64,000 nucleotides of DNA from an uncultured delta proteobacterium. GTDB taxonomy: Bacteria > Myxococcota_A > Polyangia > Polyangiales > Houyiibacteriaceae. How positions within the stretch are numbered: position 1 is the first letter of the stretch; every line of letters begins with the position of its first letter. Shown one piece after another: positions 21,295-31,142 of this stretch. The position numbers and the translations under genes are program-made. Location: positions 64,001-128,000 of the forward strand of contig CAVOVB010000007.1 in the NCBI GenBank assembly GCA_963699755.1, read 5' to 3'. A model generated the notes under the pieces. It was not told the origin of the DNA and did no database searches. It saw only the letters and a program-made list of their open reading frames with translations.

Positions 21295-23394
21295 TCATTC
21301 GTGAGGACGGGCGGTTCCCACGAGCTCGTCGTCTAGGCGCAGGACGTCCGCCTTGGCTTTTGCTATTGCGATGAAGCCGGAGAGCTCACTGGAGACGGCG
21401 CGCTGACGTTCGAGCGACGCAAGCTCGATGGGGGCGTCGCTCTCGTACGCGCGGAGGGCATCGAGGACTGCGATGGCATCGGCAGGCAGCTTGTCCAAAT
21501 CGGCTGGCGGCGGGCCGAATCCCAGAGCGTATCGGGCGAGCGAGGCTTGGGCCTCAGGTGTCAGATCCGTCTGCGACAGCGTTTCGCGAAGCGTCGTCAG
21601 CACCGCGCCAAGACTGGCCTTGTCCGGAAACCCCGATTCTTGGGCCAGCTCGATCAGCGCTTGTTCAATTTGTCCTTGAGCCGCTATCAATCGAAGCCGG
21701 AGGCTCTTCGACAGCGGGTGCAGCGAATCGGAAGGCCCTGCTTGGTCCCAGAGGATCTGCATCGCAGTGTCGATGTGGCCGAGCCTAGCTTCGACGGTTG
21801 CACGCGGGAAGGCATACTGAAGGTCTTCAGACACGAAGTCTCTGGATTCTTCGGGCGTCATCTCGATCGACCAGCCGGGAGCTCCGCTGAGCTCGAACAA
21901 ATAGTCGCGCGAGACCTGACTGTACGTCTTCTGCAACGCGAGCAAGACGTCCCGCTCCTCCGCGCCGGTCCGAAGGGCAAGCGCCCAAGCGAGATCTTTG
22001 GCCGCTCGGAGCTGGTCGTCATGCACACAAGTACGCGCCGCCAGCACCTGCGCGTGCTCGAGGTATGCGAGCCCGCTTCTTCGAAGCCCCGCCCGCGTCC
22101 GAGCTGTGCCGACCGCGTGCAGCGCGAAGGGATTGTCCGGGTTCCGCGTGACTTCGTACTCCCAGAGAGACGAAGACGACGCGAAGACTTTCGTGTGCAA
22201 CGAGGCGACGACCGCGAAACCGAGCACGACGACTGAGACGACGATCGCGATCGTCTTCGCGAGGAACGCGCTCTTCTCGAAGCAGACGAGTAGCCCGCGC
22301 GCGAGAAGGGACGCCGCCCCGAGCATCGGAAGATAGAGAAAGCGGTCCGCCGTCAGGTTGCGGCTTCCCAGGTCGATCAAATTCACCACGGGCAACATGG
22401 GGGCGACGAGCCAGAACGCGTCAGCCAGCGCCGGACGCCACGCACGACGGCGCGACGCTGCGACGGCCACCATCAGGAAGGCTCCGAGGAGCAGGGTTCC
22501 CCGAAACCACCAGGATGCATTCGACGACTCTCCGCCCTCGCAGCTGTAAACCCGCATCCCTGGAAACGCGGTCGGATTCCAAGGCGCGAGGATCTGTTCT
22601 GCGTACAAACCAAACGAAGAGAGCACCCTCCAGAAGGCTCCGCGAACCTCGCCGGCGGGAAGCTCGACGTCGACGAGCCAGATCCTGGCAAGGAGCGCAA
22701 GAATGACTGGTAGGGTCAGTGCGATCGACGACGATCGGTCGCGACGTCCCTGTAGCAAGAATTGATCGGCCAAGAGCAGTGGCGCGCCGACGATGGCGGT
22801 TTCCTTTGCGAAGAGGGCCGCTGCGAGCAGGAGGCCAGCAGGCCAATTGCGATTCGACTCGAATGCGAGAGCGGCCATGAGCACGAGCGCGGTCATCCAG
22901 AGCTCGGTGCTTCCCGAGATCCACGAAACCGCCTCCACTCGGCTTGGATGAAACGCGAAGATCGCAGCGCCGAGGCAGACCGCGATCAGCCGATGTCTGT
23001 CGTCGCCGGGCGGCATTCGTCGTCGCATCCAAAAGAACGCTAGGAGGCAGCAGAGCAGGTGCAGCGCGAGGCTGACGGCGCGGTACCCCGAGGCGTGCAA
23101 ACCGAAAAGACGGTACTGGACGATATACGCGAGCGTGACGATTGGCCTGTAGAGGTGGTTGTAGGTATCGTTGGCCTGCGCAGCGCCCCCCGAGACGTTC
23201 CAGAAGTGGCTCGTCAGCGCCTCGGCATAGCGCTCTGGGATCTGAATATTCTCATTCGTGCGAATGAGGCCGTTGTCATCCCAAGTGAACTCATCGCTGA
23301 GCCCAGGGAAGAAAACCAAGACCGTGAGAAAGCCAAGGAGGATCGACGCGGCGACCCACCAACGTTCCAAAGCCACCAGGGCATGGTATCTCAT
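21295..23394 (-). CDS. TMTC-like GT-C membrane glycosyltransferase with helical/TPR-like tail
   Basis: FTWDD after TM1, LYRP, FHPSRVEAVSWISG, KETAI, ADRFLYLP. Confidence 0.75.
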   Translation of the reverse strand: MRYHALVALERWWVAASILLGFLTVLVFFPGLSDEFTWDDNGLIRTNENIQIPERYAEALTSHFWNVSGGAAQANDTYNHLYRPIVTLAYIVQYRLFGLHASGYRAVSLALHLLCCLLAFFWMRRRMPPGDDRHRLIAVCLGAAIFAFHPSRVEAVSWISGSTELWMTALVLMAALAFESNRNWPAGLLLAAALFAKETAIVGAPLLLADQFLLQGRRDRSSSIALTLPVILALLARIWLVDVELPAGEVRGAFWRVLSSFGLYAEQILAPWNPTAFPGMRVYSCEGGESSNASWWFRGTLLLGAFLMVAVAASRRRAWRPALADAFWLVAPMLPVVNLIDLGSRNLTADRFLYLPMLGAASLLARGLLVCFEKSAFLAKTIAIVVSVVVLGFAVVASLHTKVFASSSSLWEYEVTRNPDNPFALHAVGTARTRAGLRRSGLAYLEHAQVLAARTCVHDDQLRAAKDLAWALALRTGAEERDVLLALQKTYSQVSRDYLFELSGAPGWSIEMTPEESRDFVSEDLQYAFPRATVEARLGHIDTAMQILWDQAGPSDSLHPLSKSLRLRLIAAQGQIEQALIELAQESGFPDKASLGAVLTTLRETLSQTDLTPEAQASLARYALGFGPPPADLDKLPADAIAVLDALRAYESDAPIELASLERQRAVSSELSGFIAIAKAKADVLRLDDELVGTARPHE

Positions 23395-23509
23395 CGAAGG
23401 GATTCACGGTGTTTTTGACTGAAGGTCCGCAGCCGCCTCGGGATGGATGGGTCCGGGCATCCTCGCCCCGCCGTGTGAATTCGCTAGTTCGTGCTAGGAA
23501 CCCCCCTTC

Positions 23510-25246
23510 ATGTCTGAGTTACTTTGCCTAGAGCAGGCCCCCGCGGGCCTCGGCGCTGCCTTGCACAATGCCGGTTTCGAGAGCTTCACCGCCATCCAGC
23601 AGGCTGTCTTGCAACCGGAGCTCGAGGGTCGCGACATGCGAATCTCGTCGCAGACCGGCTCCGGAAAGACCGTCGCCCTCGGTCTTCTTCTCGCACCAAG
23701 TGTAGCGGTCGCCGCCGCCACTTCGCGGCGGCGGAGCTCGCGCAACTCCCAATCCGCCGCACCAGTGGCGCTACTGATCGCGCCAACCCGCGAGCTTGCC
23801 GGACAGCTCGGCCGCGAGCTTCGCTGGCTCTATGCGCCGCTGCGCGCTCGCGTCCTCGTCGTCACCGGTGGGACGAGCGTCATGCAAGAGCGCTCTCAGC
23901 TGTCTGGCCTTCCGCATGTCGTGATCGGCACACCCGGCCGTCTTCTCGATCATCTGAGAGCCAGCGCCATGACGCTCGATCATCTCGAGACGGTCGCACT
24001 GGACGAAGCGGACGAGTTGCTCGACATGAACTTCGAGGAAGAGCTAGATGGTATCCTCGGGTTCGCGCCCAAGGCGCGTCGCACGCATCTGATCTCCGCG
24101 ACCTTTCCACGCGCAGTCGTCGGACTGGCCGACCGGTTTCAACAGGACCCCGTCTCAGTGCAGGGGACGGTTCTAGGCAAGGCAAACGCAGACATCGAGC
24201 ATCTCGTGATGCAGGTCCGTCCAGCCGACCGATTCAACGCCGCGATCAACGTGCTTCTTCGCTACCCCGAGGACAAGACCCTGCTCTTCGTGCGGACCAG
24301 AACCGAAACTGTTCGTCTTGCCGACGAGCTCTGTGCGGCCGGGCTCGCGGCTCGCGCCCTCAACGGCGAGATGACGCAGCGGGAGCGGACCGCTACGTTC
24401 GCGCAATTCCGAAACGGCACGATTCGATACCTGGTCGCCACCGACGTGGCGGCGCGCGGCCTCGATGTGCAAGACATCGCCCGGGTCATTCAGGTCGACC
24501 TCCCGGACAATGCTGATGTGTTTACGCACCGGAGCGGACGAACTGGGCGAGCCGGACGCCGAGGCACGAATGTGCTTTTCGCGGCGGCCCGCGCGGAGTT
24601 TCGAGTCAAGAGCATGCTGCGGTCGGCTGGTGTCGATGCGCGCTTGGTTTCTATTCCGACGCCCGAAGAGATTTTCGCCGCCGCAGACGAACGAACCGGC
24701 GAAAGCTTTCTGCGCGACCTCGCGAACCAAGCCGATGAGCCGGACAGCCGGGCGAAGGATCTGGCCGAGCGCCTACTCGCCGAACATTCGCCCGCCGAGC
24801 TCGTGGCCTGTCTGCTGAAACGAGAAGCCGAACGAAGCCAGGGCAGCCCAAAGCGTGTCCAAGATGACGCGAAGCCCGCTCGCCGCGAGCGCAAGCAGCA
24901 GATGGCGGGCGCCAGGTCCGAATCGGGAAAGCGCCCACGGGCCAAGCGCCCACAAGGCGACTTCATCACCTTTCAAGTCAGTTGGGGCGGCGAGGCTGGC
25001 GCCGACACGCGGAAGATTTTGGCGATGGTCTGCCGGCGAGGCGACGTGTCGAGCGAAGTGGTTGGAGCGATTCGGGTCTCCCCGAAGAGCTCGACCGTGG
25101 ACGTTTTAGCCAGCGAAGCACCGCGCTTCGAACGAGCCGTCGCCCGACCGGACAAGCGAAACCCGCGCGCGCAGTTCCGACGCTGGGACGTCGACGCCAG
25201 GGGCAAGGGATCCAAGCGGCGTCCCACGAAGGCCCGCTGCGCCTGA
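23510..25246 (+). CDS. DEAD-box RNA helicase with DbpA-type C-terminal domain
   Basis: TAIQ, QTGSGKT, PTRELA, TPGR, DEAD, SAT, TDVAARGLD, HRSGRTGRAG. Confidence 0.95.
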   Translation: MSELLCLEQAPAGLGAALHNAGFESFTAIQQAVLQPELEGRDMRISSQTGSGKTVALGLLLAPSVAVAAATSRRRSSRNSQSAAPVALLIAPTRELAGQLGRELRWLYAPLRARVLVVTGGTSVMQERSQLSGLPHVVIGTPGRLLDHLRASAMTLDHLETVALDEADELLDMNFEEELDGILGFAPKARRTHLISATFPRAVVGLADRFQQDPVSVQGTVLGKANADIEHLVMQVRPADRFNAAINVLLRYPEDKTLLFVRTRTETVRLADELCAAGLAARALNGEMTQRERTATFAQFRNGTIRYLVATDVAARGLDVQDIARVIQVDLPDNADVFTHRSGRTGRAGRRGTNVLFAAARAEFRVKSMLRSAGVDARLVSIPTPEEIFAAADERTGESFLRDLANQADEPDSRAKDLAERLLAEHSPAELVACLLKREAERSQGSPKRVQDDAKPARRERKQQMAGARSESGKRPRAKRPQGDFITFQVSWGGEAGADTRKILAMVCRRGDVSSEVVGAIRVSPKSSTVDVLASEAPRFERAVARPDKRNPRAQFRRWDVDARGKGSKRRPTKARCA

Positions 25247-25270
25247 CGGTCCACGTCACGCGGGAGATCT

Positions 25271-25765
25271 TCAGGCAGATGCTGCGCCGAAGGGATCCGG
25301 CTTCCACATGCGGACGCCCAGCAGGAACGGGACGACCCAGTAGGGGCCGTTGAATGCCCAGAAAACGACTGGGTTACCGGGCGGTGGCCCAATCCAATAC
25401 TCGTAGACCAGAAACTCGGTGCAGCCGTGCAGCATCGCGCCCACGTAGACGAGCGCCATCGGGCGGATCCAGTTCTTTCCCTTGATGAAGGCGTAGACGA
25501 GCAGGAGATAGAAAGGGCCGTAGATCATCCCCGAGATTCCGGTGTTGACCCGGACATATTGATGATCGGCGAGGAAGAAATAGTCTTGCGCGAATTCACC
25601 GTACCAGCGATTCGCGCGCGACCAGAACGCGTCTCCCTCGAGGAGGCCAAGCGCGTGCCAGGAATCGGAGAAGAATGATGAGAACGCAAAGAAAGAAAAA
25701 CATGCCACGAAGAAGATGTCTTTCTTCCTGCGGCTCAATGGGAGGCCAGTACCTGAATCGGTCAT
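25271..25765 (-). CDS. EXPERA (EBP/TM6SF) domain membrane protein
   Basis: Four TM segments; WYGEFAQDYFF, YGPFY, NGPYWVVP. Confidence 0.65.
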   Translation of the reverse strand: MTDSGTGLPLSRRKKDIFFVACFSFFAFSSFFSDSWHALGLLEGDAFWSRANRWYGEFAQDYFFLADHQYVRVNTGISGMIYGPFYLLLVYAFIKGKNWIRPMALVYVGAMLHGCTEFLVYEYWIGPPPGNPVVFWAFNGPYWVVPFLLGVRMWKPDPFGAASA

Positions 25766-27210
25766 CTCAACTCCGGGTGGGGATGTGGTGCAGAAATCTC
25801 GCCGCTAGTTGTGTGTGCGCGCGCAGCTCCGTGAAGCTCGTCGAACTGCTCGCCGATGCCCTCGACGACGTTGTGCACGTCGGGGAGCGCATCCCAGTCG
25901 GAGTTGAAGCCCCAGAACACCTTGCCGTTGTAGCTGAGCACGGCGAGTGCGAGGGCTTGATTCGGAAAGAGCGGCATCATCGGATAGATGGCGCGCATCT
26001 CCGAGCACAGGAAATAGAGAGGCATCCGTGGACCCGGGACGTTGGTGATGACCACGTTGAACGGGCGGTTTCGAGTAGCCGAGCGACTAAGCCGGGCAAA
26101 GAAGCGCCCACCGATCCGATCGGCGAGGCCCTCGAGCCAGGACACGCCGAGCGCTTGCTTACTGTACTTGAGCTCCTGAGTCGTTTCCATCACGCGCTTG
26201 AGGCGCGCAACCGGTTCACGTTCACCGACCGGCAGCTGGGCCATGACCATCGCAACGCGATTTCCTAGATCCTTCTGCGTGTCGCTACGTATGCTCACGG
26301 GAATCAGGGTGCGGAAGTCGATGTCGTCGGTGGCGATCCGGTGATCGCGGAGATACTGGCCGAGCGAACCGGCGGCTGTGGTCAGCACGACGTCATTGAT
26401 CGTCCCGCCGAGAGCAGACCTCACGTCTTTGATCTCGCTCATCGAGAGGTCGGTCCAATCGAAACGGCGATGCGGGCCCACGCTCTGGGGGTTGAAGGGC
26501 GTCTGGGAGGCGGCGCGCCAACCCAATTTCGACGCTTCCATCAGGCCTTGAATGACATCGCGAGCCTCCTGCAAGGCTTTGCTCGGACTTCGGAGCGGCG
26601 CGAGGAGCTCGAGCGGCGCTTGGATTCGACGAACCAGCTCGATGGCAACGAGCTCCGCGCGCCGAGGTGCCGACCGGGGCGTCCACGGCTTCGGAGAACC
26701 CTCGCGCTCGAACGGTTGCCGGCCTAGAAGCGTTTGAATGATGCGCAGGCCAGAAATGCCGTCGGCCATGCAGTGATGGATCTTGGTGACCAGCGCGAAC
26801 TGGTCGTTCTCGAGTCCGTCGAGGACCCAGACTTCCCAGGGCGGCTTGTCGATGTCGAGTGGTAGCTCCAGGAGGTAGCCGCAGACTCGTTTGAGTACGC
26901 GTTCATCTGCGGGTTGCGGCAAGGCGATTTGCCGGACGTGATACCGCACGTTGAAGTTTTCGTCGTCTACCCAAATCGGATGCTCGAAAAGCGGAATTTT
27001 GACGAGACGTTGGCGGTATCGGGCAACGCTATCGAAAGACCATTCGTAGTTATTGACTATCCTCTCGAAATCGAGCCCGCCGTCTGGGGTCCGCAACGGC
27101 CCGGCGTCGAAGACCATCACCGCTGCTTCATGCCAGTGGGTATTCTGCTCCTCGAAACCGAGGAACGAGGCATCAAGAGCGGACAGGCGATCGTAATAGG
27201 TGTGCGTCAT
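25762..27210 (-). CDS. Wax ester synthase / diacylglycerol acyltransferase
   Basis: RLSALDASFL, PPWE, KIHHCMADG, GTINDVVL, NVVITNVPGP. Confidence 0.95.
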   Translation of the reverse strand: MTHTYYDRLSALDASFLGFEEQNTHWHEAAVMVFDAGPLRTPDGGLDFERIVNNYEWSFDSVARYRQRLVKIPLFEHPIWVDDENFNVRYHVRQIALPQPADERVLKRVCGYLLELPLDIDKPPWEVWVLDGLENDQFALVTKIHHCMADGISGLRIIQTLLGRQPFEREGSPKPWTPRSAPRRAELVAIELVRRIQAPLELLAPLRSPSKALQEARDVIQGLMEASKLGWRAASQTPFNPQSVGPHRRFDWTDLSMSEIKDVRSALGGTINDVVLTTAAGSLGQYLRDHRIATDDIDFRTLIPVSIRSDTQKDLGNRVAMVMAQLPVGEREPVARLKRVMETTQELKYSKQALGVSWLEGLADRIGGRFFARLSRSATRNRPFNVVITNVPGPRMPLYFLCSEMRAIYPMMPLFPNQALALAVLSYNGKVFWGFNSDWDALPDVHNVVEGIGEQFDELHGAARAHTTSGEISAPHPHPELR

Positions 27211-27257
27211 CGGCGGGGCGCGGCTCTGCCGCTGTTCTACCCTTGGACGGGTTCCGC

Positions 27258-28382
27258 CTACAACCCCCTTTTGCGTCTCGAGCCCAGCACTTTCTGCCGA
27301 AACTCCCGAATCACGGGGATCGGTTCGAGCCAGGCGGACGCGTCCGCGCGGTCGTTGTCGTGCTCACATAATTCCCCGGCAAAGCCTTCCGGGATTTGAC
27401 TGAAGTGCTCGGACTCATCGGCGTTTTCGTCGAAGTAGTGATACTCGAACCCGGGGACGAAGAGGTCTTCGTCCGCAACGACGTCGACGGTGCGAACCCC
27501 GAACGACGAGAGCTCGATCGTGGTGGCTTGCGGCGGAATGATCCAAACGTGCTTGGGGCCTGACATGAACAGGTACTGCACCTTTCGATTGCGAGAGAGG
27601 ATCCGAAACCTCTGGAGCTCCCCGCCGTACATCGCGCTTCTGAGCCCGGCTACCTCGATGATCCCCTTGGCAAAATCCGGCTCGAAGCCAGCCACGATCT
27701 TCAGCGACGTCGGATCGTTCTTGCGTGTGAAACGAGCGATGCTGCGACCGCCATTGATCAGGTTCCGTCGATTGGCCGCTGCTCTTTTTCGCGGCTCAGC
27801 GAAGTCGCGATACGGGGCCGTGCGTGAGCTCGGCGCGCTCCGTAGAAGAAGATACAGCGCTTCCTCGTCGTGAACCGCCTTCCGCGTGATCCGATTGAGT
27901 GTCTCGAGCGCGGTTTGCATTTCGAACGGCAGATCCGTGGTCGACTCTACGCACTCGGTGATCTCGTAGCCGCCGCGCGCCAGGGTCTTGACGTCCCCCT
28001 TGCCAATCCAGAAGTCGCCATCGGTGGCAATCATGTGCGATGCCGCACGCCAGACCAGGGACAAGTCCTTGTAGAAGATGCGCCCAAAGGTCTCCGTTCG
28101 CCCCGTCCGCGCGTGTCGCTGCACCACGTAGGCGACGAAAAACCGCAAGGCGGGGTTCTGTCGAACGTTCGTCAGGAAGAACCGCGTATCGAAAAGCGAG
28201 ATCTCATACCTCGGCATGTATCCAGAGGACAGCAAGCTGAGTGGGTCGTCTTTGGCTTCGCCGGCAGCGCGCAACTGGGCTCCGGCCTCGAGAAGGCTGC
28301 GAAACTCTCGTGCCACTTGTCGAGGTGTCAGCTCGGTCGGTGCGACGCTCGGTACGATGCGAGTTGGAATGGCTGCAGTCAT
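27258..28382 (-). CDS. Hypothetical soluble protein
   Basis: 374-aa ORF with normal composition; no recognised motif. Confidence 0.75.
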   Translation of the reverse strand: MTAAIPTRIVPSVAPTELTPRQVAREFRSLLEAGAQLRAAGEAKDDPLSLLSSGYMPRYEISLFDTRFFLTNVRQNPALRFFVAYVVQRHARTGRTETFGRIFYKDLSLVWRAASHMIATDGDFWIGKGDVKTLARGGYEITECVESTTDLPFEMQTALETLNRITRKAVHDEEALYLLLRSAPSSRTAPYRDFAEPRKRAAANRRNLINGGRSIARFTRKNDPTSLKIVAGFEPDFAKGIIEVAGLRSAMYGGELQRFRILSRNRKVQYLFMSGPKHVWIIPPQATTIELSSFGVRTVDVVADEDLFVPGFEYHYFDENADESEHFSQIPEGFAGELCEHDNDRADASAWLEPIPVIREFRQKVLGSRRKRGL

Positions 28383-28650
28383 GACTGGTAGCGAGGTAGC
28401 GTACTCGGGGGGTTTAGACCAGGCATGCGGGCCCTCACGATCGACGCCAGCCTCTCATTCTCCGCCTTCATGCAGCTCAGCGGACGACTCGGCTGGAGCG
28501 AAAGCCTTTGCAGACCTACACCACGGCGACGTCTCGTCCAAGGCAGCTCGGCCGCGCTTGCTCCGACGAATTTGTTGCGCGCGGGATGCATCGAGGCGCA
28601 GCAAATGCAGACCTGCCCCGACACCTCTCGAGAAACTGGGGGTTTTCTGA

Positions 28651-28665
28651 TGGCACACGAATTGC
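28651..28665 (+). promoter_or_regulatory. Sigma-54 (-24/-12) promoter
   Basis: TGGCAC-ACGAA-TTGC with GG-N10-GC spacing, followed by GGAGG (28680-28684) and ATG 28689. Confidence 0.7.
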
Positions 28666-28688
28666 GTTGCCTTGCGAACGGAGGATCG

Positions 28689-29750
28689 ATGCGCGCTCTA
28701 CTGAAGGTCTCGATGCTGGTAGCCCTCGGCTTTGTCTTGTCCATCGGCTGTGGGGGAGGCTCGTCCGATCAAGGTTCGGGTGGTGGAGGAGGCACGGGGG
28801 GCGGCGCAGGCGCAGGTGGTTCTGGCGGCGACGGCGGCTCGGGCGGCGATATCGGCGCTCGATTTTCACAGCTGAGCGCCGCGCACGACCACACCTGCGG
28901 TTTGTTTCGAGACGGATCGGTCGATTGCTGGGGGATCGACCTGCATGCAGCCGATGCGACTCCCATCGGATTTACCTTCGAGGCCATACAAACGACCACG
29001 AGCTACACCTGCGCGCTCGAAATTGAACACACGCTCGAGTGCTGGGGAGAAGGAGATGGAGTCGCACCGCCCGATGGCGAACTCTTCGAAGCCATCGCGC
29101 TCGGCTTCAATCACGGGTGCGGCCTGCGTGCCGACGGAACGGTCCGATGCTGGGGCGGCGCGACGAGCGACGATCAATGCGGGAACAACGAATACAATTG
29201 CGGCCATGGGATCTCCCCCGCTGGCGCGTTCAGCCAAATCGCCGCCGGGCACTACAGCAACTGCGGCCTGACGACCGATGGCGCTATCGATTGCTGGGGC
29301 GCCGGCCAGACCGATGACTCGATCGCTCCGAATTGGGGCCAGGGCATCGCACCGGCGGGCACCTTCGTGAGCATCTTCGCCGGAGTCTGGCACTACTGCG
29401 CCTTAGACGCGTCCGGAGCGGCGACCTGCTGGGGCGCAGGGACCTCCAATGATTCGTGTGGCGGAGCGAACCTTCATTGCGGCCAAGCGATCCCACCCGA
29501 CCAGACGGGCTTCAAAACGCTAGGACTGGGCTGGTTGCACAGCTGCGGCGTGCGAACCGACAACAGCACGATCTGCTGGGGAACCGATCGACTCGGCTCC
29601 GGCGATCTCGAACCGCCGGCGGGCGCGGTGTTCGAGCAACTCACAGCGGGCAAGAACCACAGCTGCGGGGTCCGGGCAGATGGAACCGCCGTCTGTTGGG
29701 GCTATGTTCCCTGCGGAGGCGCCGGACAAGACCCGTGCGGCACCCCGTAA
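28689..29750 (+). CDS. RCC1-like repeat lipoprotein
   Basis: Lipobox SIG-C, Gly linker, about seven repeats of H(T/S)CGxxxDGxxxCWG. Confidence 0.88.
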   Translation: MRALLKVSMLVALGFVLSIGCGGGSSDQGSGGGGGTGGGAGAGGSGGDGGSGGDIGARFSQLSAAHDHTCGLFRDGSVDCWGIDLHAADATPIGFTFEAIQTTTSYTCALEIEHTLECWGEGDGVAPPDGELFEAIALGFNHGCGLRADGTVRCWGGATSDDQCGNNEYNCGHGISPAGAFSQIAAGHYSNCGLTTDGAIDCWGAGQTDDSIAPNWGQGIAPAGTFVSIFAGVWHYCALDASGAATCWGAGTSNDSCGGANLHCGQAIPPDQTGFKTLGLGWLHSCGVRTDNSTICWGTDRLGSGDLEPPAGAVFEQLTAGKNHSCGVRADGTAVCWGYVPCGGAGQDPCGTP

Positions 29751-29991
29751 CCGTTTCGCTAGGAGTCAGCGTCGAGGATCGGAGCGTCGCCCACAATGCG
29801 CCCGGCACAGTCGTCGTGTAGGTCAGCCGAGTAAGCCAAGCTGTCAGTCATGTCGCATGTCTCGCCGAACTGGCTGGCTGTAGCGGACGTCGCAATTTTG
29901 GGTTACCAGCATATACAGAGATGCTCAGCACCAAGTCGCCCGTCAGTCTCAGATTCGTCCCGGAAAACCCAACATTCGAGGTGACCGCCCC

Positions 29992-31131
29992 ATGAGGCCC
30001 GTCTCAACCCTGCTGCTCTCGCTATGTCTGCTGAGCGCAAGCTGCAATGATGAGGGTTGCGGCGCCGGCGGCTGCAGCAGTACGGCAGCACCGGCCGATA
30101 TCCGTCTCCAAGTCGATGACTTCATTTCCGGCCTCGAAAAGCCATGGGACATCGCCTGGCTGCCAAACGGGACGGTTCTGGTGACGGAGCGTCCCGGCCG
30201 TCTCAACCTGTACGTGGACGGCATCGACGCGGCGCCCTTCGTCATTGCACCAAAGGACGTGGTTCCCCGCGGCGAGGGCGGCATGATGGGCCTCGAAGTC
30301 GACCCGAGCTTCGACGACAACGGCTACGTATACGTCTGCGCCACATCGGACGCTGGCGGCAGCAACGACGTTCGACTGATCCGATTCACCTTGCGCACGC
30401 CAGACGGCCGCGCGGTGCTCGCGCGCGAGGATATCGTGGTCGGTATGCCGTACAGCACGGGCCGACACAGCGGTTGCCGGCCGCGCTTTGGGCCGAACGG
30501 TTTCTTGTGGGTCGGTACAGGTGACGCGGCGGTCGGTACCAGCCCGCAAGACGAGAGCTCTCTCGGCGGTAAGGTGCTGCGAATCGATCGCAACGGCATG
30601 GCGGCTACGGAAAACGCGAACGGATCTCTGTGGTACTCCAAAGGACATCGCAACGTTCAGGGCCTCGCATTCCGCTCCGACGGCGTCGGCATCTCCACCG
30701 AGCACGGTCCTAGTGTCGATGATGAGCTCAATTCACTCGTAGCGGGCAACTTCGGCTGGGACCCGGTCCCCGGCTACAACGAATCGGTTCCGATGACCGA
30801 CCTCGGGAAGTTCCCTGACGCGGTGCCGGCTGTCTGGTCGAGCGGCTCGCCCACGCTCGCGCTTGCGGGCGCGACCTTCCTCGAGGGAAGCGCATGGGGC
30901 GAATGGGATGGGGTGCTCGCCGTGGCCACTTTGAAGGCCAGGCATCTGCACATCTACTTCGTCGACCCCAAAGGCCGAGTGACGGGCGAAGAGCGCACCA
31001 TCGGCGACCAGGGTCGGCTTCGCACACCCCGGCAAGGCCCCGATGGCCTTCTCTACATCACGAATGACGGCGAAAGCGGTCGCGGCAAAGTTCTGCGCGT
31101 CACCCCGATCCCCGTCTCGCCAGCGAGCTAG
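29992..31131 (+). CDS. PQQ-dependent glucose/sorbosone dehydrogenase family lipoprotein
   Basis: GLEKPWDIAW, VTERPGRL, GEGGMMGL, FGPNG, GHRNVQGL, EHGP, NFGW. Confidence 0.92.
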   Translation: MRPVSTLLLSLCLLSASCNDEGCGAGGCSSTAAPADIRLQVDDFISGLEKPWDIAWLPNGTVLVTERPGRLNLYVDGIDAAPFVIAPKDVVPRGEGGMMGLEVDPSFDDNGYVYVCATSDAGGSNDVRLIRFTLRTPDGRAVLAREDIVVGMPYSTGRHSGCRPRFGPNGFLWVGTGDAAVGTSPQDESSLGGKVLRIDRNGMAATENANGSLWYSKGHRNVQGLAFRSDGVGISTEHGPSVDDELNSLVAGNFGWDPVPGYNESVPMTDLGKFPDAVPAVWSSGSPTLALAGATFLEGSAWGEWDGVLAVATLKARHLHIYFVDPKGRVTGEERTIGDQGRLRTPRQGPDGLLYITNDGESGRGKVLRVTPIPVSPAS

Positions 31132-31142
31132 GCGCTCAGCCG

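Noticed and set aside
28777..28848. GGC-rich tandem repeats (also about 570-603)
   Set aside because: Gly/Ser linkers after lipoboxes, not independent repeat elements.
29751..29991. ncRNA or riboswitch in a 240-bp gap
   Set aside because: No recognisable motif or convincing structure by eye; an Rfam search would be needed.
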